A DNA stretch of 35,731 bases from Chloroflexaceae bacterium (GCA_035327325.1 DAOLDO010000001.1:1-35731), one strand, 5' to 3'; shown: positions 25,260-35,600, counted from the first letter of the stretch. The notes: a model not told the origin generated them from the sequence alone. Numbers and translations: made by a program.

Positions 25260-25850
25260 TTAACGGCGCACAGCACGACCGATGACTGCCCATGGTCCCA
25301 ACTGGTACCAGGCCTGCACCTGGAAGTCGTGCGCCTCAAGGGCGGCTCGAAACTCCTCGGCCGTAAACTGGGTCTGGAGGGGATGGTCGAACAACACGGA
25401 CACGGGCCACGCGGTGGTAAAGCCGCGGAGCAGGTCCTCGAAGTAGAAGACGCCGCCCGGCCGCAGGACGCGCGCGACCTCGCCGAGAGCGTCGCGCCAG
25501 GGTGGGATGTGGTGGAGGATGGCGTACTCGACCACGGCGTCGAAGCTGCCGTCCGGCGCGCTGATCGCGGTTGCGTCGCCAACGTACGCCGCGACACCCC
25601 AACCGCCGGACGCAACGCGGGACCGGGCCAGCGCGATCATCGCCGGGTCGAGGTCAAAGCCGACCGCGCTCGCTGCACCCAAGGAGGCGAGGATCTCGAG
25701 ACCGACCCCCCGGCCACATCCAACCTCGAGCACGCGCTCCCCACGCAGCCCGTTCCGACCGCCCAACAGCAGCGGCGTCTCGACCCACCGTTGGGCGGCG
25801 GCCCGCAGCGGGTTGTTGACGACAGCGAACTCCAGCGCATTCAGCTTCAC
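25260..25850 (-). CDS. class I SAM-dependent methyltransferase
   Basis: GTG start with AAGAGG 7 nt upstream, 20 nt downstream of the HlyD stop. Motif I VLEVGCGRGVG, then GFDLDPAMI and FDAVVEYAILHHI. Confidence 0.8.
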   Translation of the reverse strand: MKLNALEFAVVNNPLRAAAQRWVETPLLLGGRNGLRGERVLEVGCGRGVGLEILASLGAASAVGFDLDPAMIALARSRVASGGWGVAAYVGDATAISAPDGSFDAVVEYAILHHIPPWRDALGEVARVLRPGGVFYFEDLLRGFTTAWPVSVLFDHPLQTQFTAEEFRAALEAHDFQVQAWYQLGPWAVIGRAVRR

Positions 25851-25870
25851 AACGCTACCTCTTGCGGTTG

Positions 25871-27370
25871 TCAGTTAAGAGAACTTGCGTTCAACAAAGC
25901 CGTCATGTTCCAGCGCAAGCGTGGATCGAGTTGCTCCAGGGAGGCCACTACTGTGTAGACAACATCGCCCTGACGCTCTCCACCAAGCGGTTTGATCTGG
26001 ATGATCTTGCCCGGCAACTGTAGCTCGGGCAGTGCGTCAAATGTGATCGTCACAGAATCGCCCTCGCGCAGTTTGACGACATCTAGTTCGGTCAGGTCAT
26101 CGGTCTCAATTTTCCAGTTGCTCAAATCGGCGATCACAATCGCCGCTGTGGCTGGACCAGCCAGAGCTCCAATATCGATGTTCATCTGGGCCACTGTGCC
26201 CTCAATGGGTGCGTGGAGCGTTGCCTGATCGAGCTCAAGTTGAGCTTGATCAAGGGCGACCTGAGCGGCATCGATCGCAACCTGGGCCGCTATCAGATCG
26301 ACTGTTCGTGGGGGGGCAGCTATTTGATCCCGCGCTGCCTCGGCTTGAGCTACGCCGGCTACAGCTACATCGAGTTGGGTAGTGCGAGCAGGGCCACGCA
26401 AGCGGGCTACGTTCGCCTCAGCGGCAGCTACTTGCGCTCTAGCGGCAGCTGCCCGGTCATCATCGGGCGGTGCAACAAGTTGATCGCGCCTAGCTTGTGC
26501 ATCGCGCACCTGGGCCTCAGCAGCAGCGATGCCCTCTACCTCGGCCTGGCGTGCCTGATCCCAGGCAACCTGAGCCTGCTCCATAAGCCGTTGCCTATCC
26601 TGGACCGCCCGCTCGGCCTCAGATTCGGCGTCGATAGCTGTCTGAGGCAGATCGCCGGGCAGTTTCTCAAGCTCCTGGTTCTCCCAGTAAATTCGGCTGT
26701 ATCCGTCCTGGGCGTTGCGTAGATCGTTAGCGGCCAGCTCCAGTTGGAGTTGAGCTGTGGTCTTCGCCGCCGACAGCTCATCGCGCCGCAGCGAGAGGTT
26801 CGCCTGGGCCTGGTCGAGCACAGCCTGAGCCTGCGTGAGCTCGGTGTCCTTCGGTCCGTTAAGCAGCCTGGCTAGAACTGCTTTTGCCTCAATCAGTTGA
26901 GCTTCCGCGGCAGTAAGATCAGGGCTCGTTACCGTAGCCACCGCCTGAGCCTGGTTCGCGCGGGCGGTGCTTACCGCAGCCTCGGCCGCCGCAAGGGCCT
27001 CAGGTGAGACGCCTACGGCCAGCTGATTGTAGCGGGCTTGGGCCTGCTCATAGTTCACCCTGGCCTGCGCAACCTTGAGCTCGAGCATTCGTGTATCAAG
27101 GCGTGCAAGAGGCTGGCCGACTTCGACACGTTCTCCCTCCGCAACCAGGATTGCGGCAACAGTGCCGGGGGTGAGAAATGAGAGCGTCACATCAACTGCC
27201 GGAAGCACTTTAGCTTCGGCAACTACCCCTTGTGTCCTCGTAGGGGCAGACGAAACACTCGTTGGCGCTTCCGCTCCAAGTGGATCCGAACTACGCTCAC
27301 GGAACAGGAAGGCGGAGACTCCGCCTCCAACGAGGACAATAATAAGCGCGGGCAATAGTAGCCTCCACAT
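25871..27370 (-). CDS. HlyD/MacA-family periplasmic adaptor (membrane fusion protein) with long coiled coil
   Basis: AAGGAG RBS and an N-terminal TM anchor. Lipoyl-like hairpin halves (VEVGQPLARLD ... LHAPIEGTVAQ) flank a long Ala/Gln/Leu-rich coiled coil, estimated at about 250 aa. A C-terminal beta domain follows (GDSVTITFDALP...GKIIQIKP). Confidence 0.85.
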   Translation of the reverse strand: MWRLLLPALIIVLVGGGVSAFLFRERSSDPLGAEAPTSVSSAPTRTQGVVAEAKVLPAVDVTLSFLTPGTVAAILVAEGERVEVGQPLARLDTRMLELKVAQARVNYEQAQARYNQLAVGVSPEALAAAEAAVSTARANQAQAVATVTSPDLTAAEAQLIEAKAVLARLLNGPKDTELTQAQAVLDQAQANLSLRRDELSAAKTTAQLQLELAANDLRNAQDGYSRIYWENQELEKLPGDLPQTAIDAESEAERAVQDRQRLMEQAQVAWDQARQAEVEGIAAAEAQVRDAQARRDQLVAPPDDDRAAAARAQVAAAEANVARLRGPARTTQLDVAVAGVAQAEAARDQIAAPPRTVDLIAAQVAIDAAQVALDQAQLELDQATLHAPIEGTVAQMNIDIGALAGPATAAIVIADLSNWKIETDDLTELDVVKLREGDSVTITFDALPELQLPGKIIQIKPLGGERQGDVVYTVVASLEQLDPRLRWNMTALLNASSLN

Positions 27371-27474
27371 GTGCTGCTCCTTTTCGTGGGCTAGAGGAGA
27401 ACGCTACGTTCCCCGCGACCGCTGGCCGAAACCAGGCGTGCCTTCCTGTTGGAAAGCGAGCTTAGCTGCCGGCG

Positions 27475-27512
27475 CTGAGTCCCTGCTGAGTATGGACTGA
27501 GCGGTCTCTGAA
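27475..27512 (-). promoter_or_regulatory. 11-bp-phased pentamer array D-left upstream of the HlyD-methyltransferase operon
   Basis: On the + strand: CTGAG 27475, 27486 and 27497, then CTGAA 27508. The proximal unit with its flank, CGGCGCTGAGTCC (27470-27482), is identical over 13 nt to the copA array (22952-22964). Confidence 0.5.
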
Positions 27513-27531
27513 GAATGAGCGCCGGATATTC

Positions 27532-27569
27532 CTCAGACGCGGTTAAGGTGCGACTCAGTTGAGCCTCAG
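27532..27569 (+). promoter_or_regulatory. 11-bp-phased pentamer array D-right upstream of the ABC permease/ATPase/FAAL/PKS operon
   Basis: CTCAG 27532, TTAAG 27543, CTCAG 27554, CTCAG 27565 on the + strand. The proximal unit is 65 nt from ATG 27634. Confidence 0.5.
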
Positions 27570-27633
27570 CAAAGCAACGCATTGTAGGCGTGTCAGCTCG
27601 CCGCATTTACGTGAGCAGAATTGAGAGCAGGGT

Positions 27634-30018
27634 ATGCTGAGTCCACGCTGGCGGAAGGTCTGGCGCGACTTGTGGAGCAACAAGACGCGAACGATTTTGG
27701 TTGTCATTTCGATCGCTGTCGGCATCTTTGCCATCGGCATTGTCGCAGGCTCGCGGGTGGTTCTGTCTCGGGATTTTAGTGAGAGTTATGCAGCAGTTAC
27801 TCCGGCCAGCGCCACCCTTGTTATCGAATCGTTTGATGATGATTTGATCCAAACCATCCGTCGCATGCCGGAGGTACGCCTGGCCGAGGGGCGCCGTCGT
27901 CTCACGGCGCGCGTGAAGATTGGGCCGGACCAGTGGCGCACACTCCAGATGGTTGCGCTCGGAGATTTCACTGATATCACCATCAACAAGCTGCGCCTGG
28001 TTCGCGGAGTCTGGCCGCCACCAAAACGCGAATTACTCCTTGAGCGCTCGGCGCTCAGCCTGCTTGCGGCTGACGTCGGCAGCGAGGTCGTGGTTGAGCT
28101 AGCGGACGGCACCCAACGCACGCTAGGCGTAGCTGGACTTGCGCACGATCTGAGCCAGCCAGCCACCTTCTTCACCAACGCCATCAACGCCTACGTGTCG
28201 CTTGACACAATTGAATGGCTTGGCGAACCGCATACCTACAACGAACTATCCGTCGTAATTTATGGCGAAACGCATACACGAACCGAGGTGGAGCGCATTA
28301 TCGCCAAAGTGCGCGACAAGATTGAGAAGAGCGGGCACACCATTATTCAAACTACTGTGCCAGTACCGCACCAACACCCTCTCGACAGCATGATTCGTGC
28401 GCTTATTCTTATCCTGGGCACACTTGGCTTCCTCTCTCTGTTTCTCAGTGTGTTTCTGGTGCTCAATACAATCTCCGCCTTGCTCACCCAACAAGTGCGT
28501 CAGATTGGCGTTATGAAGGCAATCGGCGCGCGTGCCGATCAGGTTGCGCGCATGTATGTCGGCATGGTGCTCGTCTTTGGCGCATTGTCGCTCGTTGTCG
28601 CCGTGCCACTTGGGCTTTTCGGTACGCGAGCTATCACCGCATTCATCGCTGGCTTGCTGAACTTCGACGTGACGACTGTTGGCCTGCCAGTTCAGGTGCT
28701 TGGACTCCAGGCAGTGACCGCGATCGTTGTCCCACCACTCGCGGCACTCTGGCCAATCCTCAAAGGGGCACGGATAACAGTACGTGAAGCTATTGCGAGC
28801 TATGGCGTCGAGTCAGGTGGATTCGGTACGGGGCGTATCGACGCGCTGGTGAGTCGCGTACGGATTTTTTCGCGCCCACTACTCCTCTCGTTGCGCAACA
28901 CTATCCGGCGGAAAGCGCGCTTGAGTCTTACGCTCGCAACCTTGACGCTTAGTGGCGCAATCTTTATTGCCGTCGCAAGTGTTCGTGCCTCTGCGCTGCT
29001 TTCGATCGATGAGACGATCAGCACCTGGAACCATCAGCTACGTGTGACCTTCAGCCAAACATACCGCATCGAGCGACTTGTGTCTGAAGCGCTTGCTTTC
29101 CCGGGGGTTGCGCGCGCAGAAGGTTGGTTGGTCAAGACCGGGCTGCCACAGCGCCCTGACGGCAGTGAAGGGAACAGCATGACGATCACGGCGCTCCCCG
29201 CCGCTACAGATTTGTATCGCCCGCGCCTACGTGAAGGGCGCTGGCTGCAGCCAGGCGACGCAAATGCCATTGTCATTGATAGCGGCATTCTCAAAGACGA
29301 ACCGGAGCTTACTGTGGGTAGCACCCTTGTGCTGAAGATCGATGGGCGCGAGATTGTATTTCAGGTTGTCGGCATCGTGATGGGTCAGATGCAGGGCGCC
29401 GTCGCCTATGTTGACTATCCCTCCTTTGTCTATGCGGCACGCGAGGCTGGACGTGCGAATCGACTGGCTATCGCCCTAGCATCGTCGAGTGACGCCGACG
29501 AAACGCGACTCGCCCAGACCGTTGAGCAGCAACTCCAGGCCACTGGTTTGCGAGTTCGGCTGACCGAGACTCGCGCAGACTTGCGGCTGCTCACGACGAC
29601 GCACTACAACGTTGTGATCCTGCTGCTCCTTATCATGGCGATCGTCCTTGGGGTTGTTGGCGGCCTCGGCTTGATGGGCACGATGAGTCTTAACGTCCTC
29701 GAACGTACACGCGAGATAGGCTTGATGCGTGCAATTGGTGCGTCAAACCAAGCCATCTTGCAAATCGTTATTGTAGAAGGGATTTTGATTGGTGTATTTA
29801 GCTGGTTTCTAGGCCTGATCCTGGCGTTTCCGTTGAGCAAAGTCCTGAGTGATGCTGTAGGTATTGCCATGTTACAAGTGCCGTTGAGCTACACCTTTTC
29901 GTTTGGAGGCGTACTTCTGTGGCTTGGGCTCGTCATCGTGCTCGCCGCCGTTGCGAGTTCCCTCCCAGCCTGGAATGCGTCACGGCTGACGGTGAAGGAC
30001 GTTCTCGCATACGAGTAA
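27634..30018 (+). CDS. ABC transporter permease, double FtsX/MacB-type
   Basis: The N-terminus WRKVWRDLWSNKTRTILVVISIAVGIFAIG is typical of FtsX-family permeases. Two periplasmic-core plus FtsX TM modules are present; conserved loops are QIGVMKAIGA and EIGLMRAIGA. Confidence 0.85.
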   Translation: MLSPRWRKVWRDLWSNKTRTILVVISIAVGIFAIGIVAGSRVVLSRDFSESYAAVTPASATLVIESFDDDLIQTIRRMPEVRLAEGRRRLTARVKIGPDQWRTLQMVALGDFTDITINKLRLVRGVWPPPKRELLLERSALSLLAADVGSEVVVELADGTQRTLGVAGLAHDLSQPATFFTNAINAYVSLDTIEWLGEPHTYNELSVVIYGETHTRTEVERIIAKVRDKIEKSGHTIIQTTVPVPHQHPLDSMIRALILILGTLGFLSLFLSVFLVLNTISALLTQQVRQIGVMKAIGARADQVARMYVGMVLVFGALSLVVAVPLGLFGTRAITAFIAGLLNFDVTTVGLPVQVLGLQAVTAIVVPPLAALWPILKGARITVREAIASYGVESGGFGTGRIDALVSRVRIFSRPLLLSLRNTIRRKARLSLTLATLTLSGAIFIAVASVRASALLSIDETISTWNHQLRVTFSQTYRIERLVSEALAFPGVARAEGWLVKTGLPQRPDGSEGNSMTITALPAATDLYRPRLREGRWLQPGDANAIVIDSGILKDEPELTVGSTLVLKIDGREIVFQVVGIVMGQMQGAVAYVDYPSFVYAAREAGRANRLAIALASSSDADETRLAQTVEQQLQATGLRVRLTETRADLRLLTTTHYNVVILLLLIMAIVLGVVGGLGLMGTMSLNVLERTREIGLMRAIGASNQAILQIVIVEGILIGVFSWFLGLILAFPLSKVLSDAVGIAMLQVPLSYTFSFGGVLLWLGLVIVLAAVASSLPAWNASRLTVKDVLAYE

Positions 30019-30057
30019 GCTCTGGCAACGTCGCTGGAATAGCTGAGGAAGGTTGTG

Positions 30058-30861
30058 ATGTTCAGCCAATGGTTTGCGTCCAGGGCGCCGACGAACACCT
30101 CGAACCAGCGCACGCATCTGATCGAGCTTCGTCAGGTTGTGAAAATCTACCAGAGTACTGCGGGTAGCTTCACTGCCTTGAAGGGGATTAATCTGACGGT
30201 GGATAAAGGCGAGTTCATCGCTGTCGTTGGCAAGTCCGGATGTGGGAAATCCACCCTCGTGAACATGATCACAGGCATCGACCGACCGACAGGCGGGGAG
30301 GTCGTAGTCGACGGAACGGCAGTACATCGCCTGGATGAGAATCAAATCGCAGTTTGGCGCGGTCGCAACGTGGGCGTGATCTTTCAGTTCTTTCAGTTGC
30401 TCCCCACCTTAAGTGTGGTCGAAAATGTCATGCTTCCGATGGATTTCTCCAACGTCTATACACCGACCCAGCGAAAAGAACGAGCGCTTCAGTTGCTTAC
30501 CGAGGTGGAAATGGTCGAGCACGCACACAAACTACCCTCGGCCGTCTCGGGGGGGCAGCAGCAGCGCGCAGCAATTGCGCGTGCACTCGCCAATCAACCC
30601 GCGATCATTGTCGCTGATGAGCCAACTGGTAATCTCGACTCTAAGACCGCGGAGGCTATTTTTCAACTCTTTGCACGCCTCGTCGCGCTGGGCACAACCA
30701 TCCTGATGGTGACCCACGACCCGGATCTGGCGCAGCGGATCCCGCGAGTGATTGTGATGGCCGACGGGGAAATTATCAATGAGCGGGTGAACCCGCCCGA
30801 CACACCTAAGACGGCCCTCAGCCGGCCCTCAGCGGGGACTCAGCTTTCCCTGCAAGACTAA
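30058..30861 (+). CDS. ABC transporter ATP-binding protein (MacB/LolD-like)
   Basis: GAGGAAGG RBS; the start is GTG 30055 or ATG 30058. Walker [11 protein letters not shown]-loop, signature VSGGQQQR, Walker [14 protein letters not shown]-loop MVTHD. Confidence 0.9.
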   Translation: MFSQWFASRAPTNTSNQRTHLIELRQVVKIYQSTAGSFTALKGINLTVDKGEFIAVVGKSGCGKSTLVNMITGIDRPTGGEVVVDGTAVHRLDENQIAVWRGRNVGVIFQFFQLLPTLSVVENVMLPMDFSNVYTPTQRKERALQLLTEVEMVEHAHKLPSAVSGGQQQRAAIARALANQPAIIVADEPTGNLDSKTAEAIFQLFARLVALGTTILMVTHDPDLAQRIPRVIVMADGEIINERVNPPDTPKTALSRPSAGTQLSLQD

Positions 30862-30904
30862 CGTCGGGTTCAATCCTTCGGCCAAGCGTAGCGTCGGAGC
30901 AGCA

Positions 30905-32674
30905 ATGGAGAACAGCTCGCTGGTTACGATCCTCCAACAGCATGCATCATCTCAGCCTCATCACCGCGCCTGCACGTTCCTCGTGGACGGCGAACAGACG
31001 GAAGCCCACCTGACCTACGGCCAGCTAGACCGCCGCGCCCGGGCGATAGCAGGGTGGCTGCAGCAGTACGAGCTACAGGGACAGCGCGCATTGCTACTCT
31101 ATCCGCCGGGTCTTGACTATATTGCTGCCTTCTTTGGCTGTCTCTACGCCGGCGTCGTCGCCGTTCCCGCCTACCCCCCCGATCCAGCTCGCATCGAACG
31201 GACTCTGCCGCGACTCCGTGCGCTTATAGGCGATGCGCGGCCGGCACTCGTGATGACCACGACACCCTTGGTGCCTCTAGGAGCTTTGCTTAACACGGAC
31301 GCCTTGAGCCCTCAGTCCGCTCAGTGGTTAGGCACAGATGCCATTCCCGACAGCCTGGCATTTTTATGGAGAGACCCTGCGGCGAACCCTGGGACGCTTG
31401 CATTCCTACAGTATACATCCGGCTCGACGAGTGCCCCAAAAGGGGTCATGATTACCCATGGCAACTTGATGCACAACTCTGAAGCCATCGCACATATCTG
31501 TAAACATACGTCTCGTTCGTGTGTGGTCAGCTGGCTGCCCCCATACCACGATATGGGTCTGATCGGGACGATCCTGCATCCCATCATGAGCGGCGTGCCC
31601 GTCATCCTCATGTCGCCACTCGATTTCCTCCAGCGCCCGTTGCGCTGGCTGCAGGCCCTGACACACTACCAGGCGACAGCCAGCGCCGGCCCGAACTTCG
31701 CCTACGACTTATGCGTTCGCAAGAGCACACCGGAGCAGCGTGCCCTGCTCGATCTTCGAAGCTGGACCGTCGCTTTTAACGGTGCCGAGCCTATTCGCGC
31801 CGAAACGCTCGATCGGTTCGCTACAGCCTTTGCACCCTACGGCTTCCGTCGAGAGGCCTTCGTCCCATGCTACGGATTAGCGGAGGCCACGCTGATCGTC
31901 TCCGGCACCGCAACACAGTCTGCACCAACTGTCCTGCCCCTGCAGTCAGCGGCGCTCACTCGTCGCCAGGTGCAACCGGCTGAATGCCATGGCCCAGAGA
32001 CACAGATTCTGGTTGGGTGTGGCCCGATTGTTGGACGCCAGTGCGTCGAGATTGTGAACCCCGAGACAAACTTGCCCTGCGACTCCTACGAGATTGGTGA
32101 GATCTGGATTGCAGGCTCCAGCGTCGCCAGGGGCTACTGGAATCGGCCTGAGGAGACCGCAGCGGCCTTCCAGTCCCACCTTGCGGAGACAGGAGCGGGC
32201 CCGTTTCTGCGCACCGGCGATCTTGGCTTCGTCGCCGACGGCGAACTGTTCGTTACTGGCCGATGCAAAGACCTGATTATTGTCGACGGACGCAACCACT
32301 ACCCGCAAGATATCGAGCTCACGGTGGAGCAGTGCCACCCAGCCCTGCGCCCAGGATGCTGTGCGGCATTTGCGCTACAGAGTGACGGGCCCGAGCGCCT
32401 TGTGATTGCCGTTGAGGTGGAGCGGCAGCGTCGTCAAGCAGGCCCGGATGAATCCTTTGCACCGAACGCTGCGCGAAGCGATGCAATTGCGCCGGAGACG
32501 CAGGAGATCGTCACAGCGATTCGACATGCCATCGCACAGATGCACGATCTCCGTGTTGGCGATGTCGCCCTCCTGAAAGCGGGGACTATCCCGAAGACCT
32601 CCAGTGGAAAAATTCAGCGCCATGCGTGTTGCAGGGGCTTTTTGGCCGGGACCCTCGAACGTTGGGAGGCATAG
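30905..32674 (+). CDS. fatty acyl-AMP ligase (FAAL)
   Basis: GGAG RBS. Adenylation cores: LQYTSGSTSAPKGVMITHGNL, LPPYHDMGL, FNGAEP, YGLAEATL, GEIWIAGSSVARGYW, LRTGDLGF, GRCKDLIIVDGRNHYPQDIE and PKTSSGKIQR. This motif set and the length of about 590 aa are typical of FadD32-like FAALs that load PKS carrier domains. Confidence 0.85.
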   Translation: MENSSLVTILQQHASSQPHHRACTFLVDGEQTEAHLTYGQLDRRARAIAGWLQQYELQGQRALLLYPPGLDYIAAFFGCLYAGVVAVPAYPPDPARIERTLPRLRALIGDARPALVMTTTPLVPLGALLNTDALSPQSAQWLGTDAIPDSLAFLWRDPAANPGTLAFLQYTSGSTSAPKGVMITHGNLMHNSEAIAHICKHTSRSCVVSWLPPYHDMGLIGTILHPIMSGVPVILMSPLDFLQRPLRWLQALTHYQATASAGPNFAYDLCVRKSTPEQRALLDLRSWTVAFNGAEPIRAETLDRFATAFAPYGFRREAFVPCYGLAEATLIVSGTATQSAPTVLPLQSAALTRRQVQPAECHGPETQILVGCGPIVGRQCVEIVNPETNLPCDSYEIGEIWIAGSSVARGYWNRPEETAAAFQSHLAETGAGPFLRTGDLGFVADGELFVTGRCKDLIIVDGRNHYPQDIELTVEQCHPALRPGCCAAFALQSDGPERLVIAVEVERQRRQAGPDESFAPNAARSDAIAPETQEIVTAIRHAIAQMHDLRVGDVALLKAGTIPKTSSGKIQRHACCRGFLAGTLERWEA

Positions 32675-32677
32675 CCT

Positions 32678-35600
32678 GTGGATGCTATTCAGGCCTGGCT
32701 CGTCACGCAGCTTGCCAACCTTCTGGGCGTCGAGCAAGGGGAGATTGACATTCGCGAGCCGTTTGCCGCGTATGGCATTCCTTCGAGCGAAGCGGTTGTG
32801 CTCTCCGGTGATCTGGGCGACTGGCTCGGGCGCCGTCTCTCGCCGACATTGTTATGGGAGTATCCCACGATTGAAGCCCTGGCTCGCCATCTGGCGGAAG
32901 ACGTGTCTACGCCTGGTGGCGAACAAGGGCCCCAAGCAGCGCATCAGCGACAGCAGTTTCCCAGCCTCGCTGGAGCCACCGGCCGCAAAGTTGCACGGGA
33001 GCCAATCGCCATTATAGGGATCGGCTGTCGATTCCCCGGCGCCAGCGGACCCGAGGCGTTCTGGCAGCTTTTGCGGGAAGGCCGAGACGCGATCACCGAG
33101 GTCCCCGCCATGCGCTGGGATCTCAATACGTTTTACGACACCGACCCGGAGCAACCAGGCAAGTTGAGCACACGCTGGGGTGGCTTTCTGGAGCATGTTG
33201 ATCAGTTCGACCCGCACTTCTTTGGCATCTCGCCGCACGAGGCGGCGCGCATGGATCCCCAGCAGCGCCTGTTACTCGAGGTCAGCTGGGAAGCACTCGA
33301 ACACGCCGGCCTGGCGCCGAATCGTCTTTACGGCTCGGAGACCGGCGTCTTTGTCGGCATCAGCAGCAGTGACTACTCGCTGTTCCAACTGCACGATCCT
33401 GCGCTGGTGGACGCCTACACGGGCACCGGCAACGCGCATAGTATTGCCGCCAACAGGATCTCCTATCTGCTGGATCTACGCGGGCCAAGCCTTGCCGTTG
33501 ACACGGCTTGCTCATCATCGCTCGTCGCGGTTCACCTGGCGTGCCAGAGTCTGCGCCAGCAGGAGTGTAGCCTGGCTCTGGCAGGCGGCGTGAACCTGAC
33601 CCTTACACCACAGCTCACCGTCGCCTTCTCCAAAGCGCAGATGATGGCTGCCGACGGTCGTTGTAAGACGTTCGACGCAGCTGCCGATGGCTACGTCCGT
33701 GGCGAGGGCTGCGGCGTCATTATCCTCAAACGCCTCTCCGATGCCCTCGCCGAAGGCGATGCCATTATGGCGATCATCCTTGGCTCGGCCGTCAATCAAG
33801 ATGGGCTCAGCAACGGGTTGACTGCCCCGAATGGCCAGGCACAGCAGACGGTCATCCGGAAGGCACTGGAGCAGGCGGGTGTTAACGCCCCTCAAATCGG
33901 GTATGTAGAGACCCACGGCACAGGCACGCCCCTCGGCGATCCGATTGAGATCCGGGCCCTCACGGCTGTGCTGGGCTTGAACCGGGCGCCTGACCGGACC
34001 TGTGCGTTCGGCTCGGTGAAAACCAATATCGGGCATCTGGAGGCTGCGGCGGGGATCGCCGGCCTGATCAAGAAGATCCTCATGGGGCAGCAAGGGGGGA
34101 TCCCGCCACACCTGCACTTCAAACAGCTCAACCCACACATCTCGCTTGACCGTGAACGCTTCTTCATCAACACGGAGCGCCAGCCCTGGCCAGCCGGGCG
34201 GGGGGCGCGTATCGCCGGCGTGAGCTCTTTTGGCTTCGGCGGCACGAATGCCCATGTCATCGTGGGCGAAGCCCCGCTGACTGCCGCATCCCTGCCTCCG
34301 GCCGAACGCCCGCTCCACCTGCTGACCCTCTCCGCCCAAAGCGAGGCCGCCCTGAGATCCCTGGCCGGGCGGTACAGTGAGTGGCTTCAGGAGCATCAGG
34401 ACGCCTCGCTGGCCGATATCTGCTTCACTGCGAACAGCGGGCGACTACACTTTCCGCATCGGCTGGCGAGCGCCACCGGTTCGTCCTCACGGCTGCGCGA
34501 TCAGCTGTCCGCTTTCGCCGGCGGGGGCGAGGCCCCTGGTCTGATCAGCGGCCGGCTCCAGCAGAAACAGCCGCCGCGAGTAGCCTTCCTCTTCACGGGG
34601 CAGGGGTCGCAGTATGTCGGCATGGGTCGTGAGCTCTACGCGATGCAGCCGACCTTCCGCGATGCGCTGGATCGGTGTGCCGAGCTGCTGAAGCCGCACC
34701 TGGGGTTGGACATACGCGATGTGCTCTATCCGGAGCGAACCGAGAACCACCAGACGTTCGGCACTCAGACGCCATCAGCTGGGCCACAAGAAACCGCGGA
34801 GGCTGTGCCGCTGGATCAGACATGGCTCACGCAGCCCGCGCTGTTCGCACTGGAGTATGCGCTGGCCGTGTTATGGCAGTCGTGGGGCGTCACTCCCACG
34901 GCGGTGCTTGGTCATAGCGTTGGGGAGGATGTAGCTGCCTGCATCGCGGGAGTGTTTCCTCTGGAGGATGGGCTGCGGCTGGTCGCCGCTCGTGGCCGGC
35001 TTATGCAGATGCTGACGCGCCCTGGCGAGATGGTAGCGGTTTCGGCGACTGAAGCACAGGTCAACGCCTCGATCCTGCCGTATGCCGACCAGGTCAGCAT
35101 CGCCGCCGTCAACGGCCCGCTCGATCTGGTCATCTCCGGGGCGCGTGAGGCGGTCCAGGCGGTAGTCGCGGAGTTAGGCGCCAGCGGAGTGAAGACGCGT
35201 CGGCTCGCGGTCTCCCATGCTTTTCATTCTCCTCTCATGGCCCCACTCCTTGACGCCTTCGAGGCTGTGGCCGCGGAAGTGAGCTGCGAGCCACCCCGGA
35301 TCACACTGATCTCGAATGTGACAGGCCGTCCCTACGGCGAAGGCCAGTCACCACAACCGGAGTACTGGCGGCACCACGTGCGCGAGACAGTGCGGTTCGC
35401 CGACGGGATGGAGGCTTTAGCCGGGCAAGGCTGCGAGATCTTTCTCGAGGTGGGCCCGAGCGCGACCTTGTTGGGGATGGGCCAGCGCTGTGTACTCGAA
35501 GGAAGCGGGGGGTGGCTTCCCTCGCTGCGCAAGGGTCGGCGAGATTGGGAGCAGCTGCTGGCCAGTGTTGCCGAGCTTTACATCAGAGGCGTCAAGGTCG

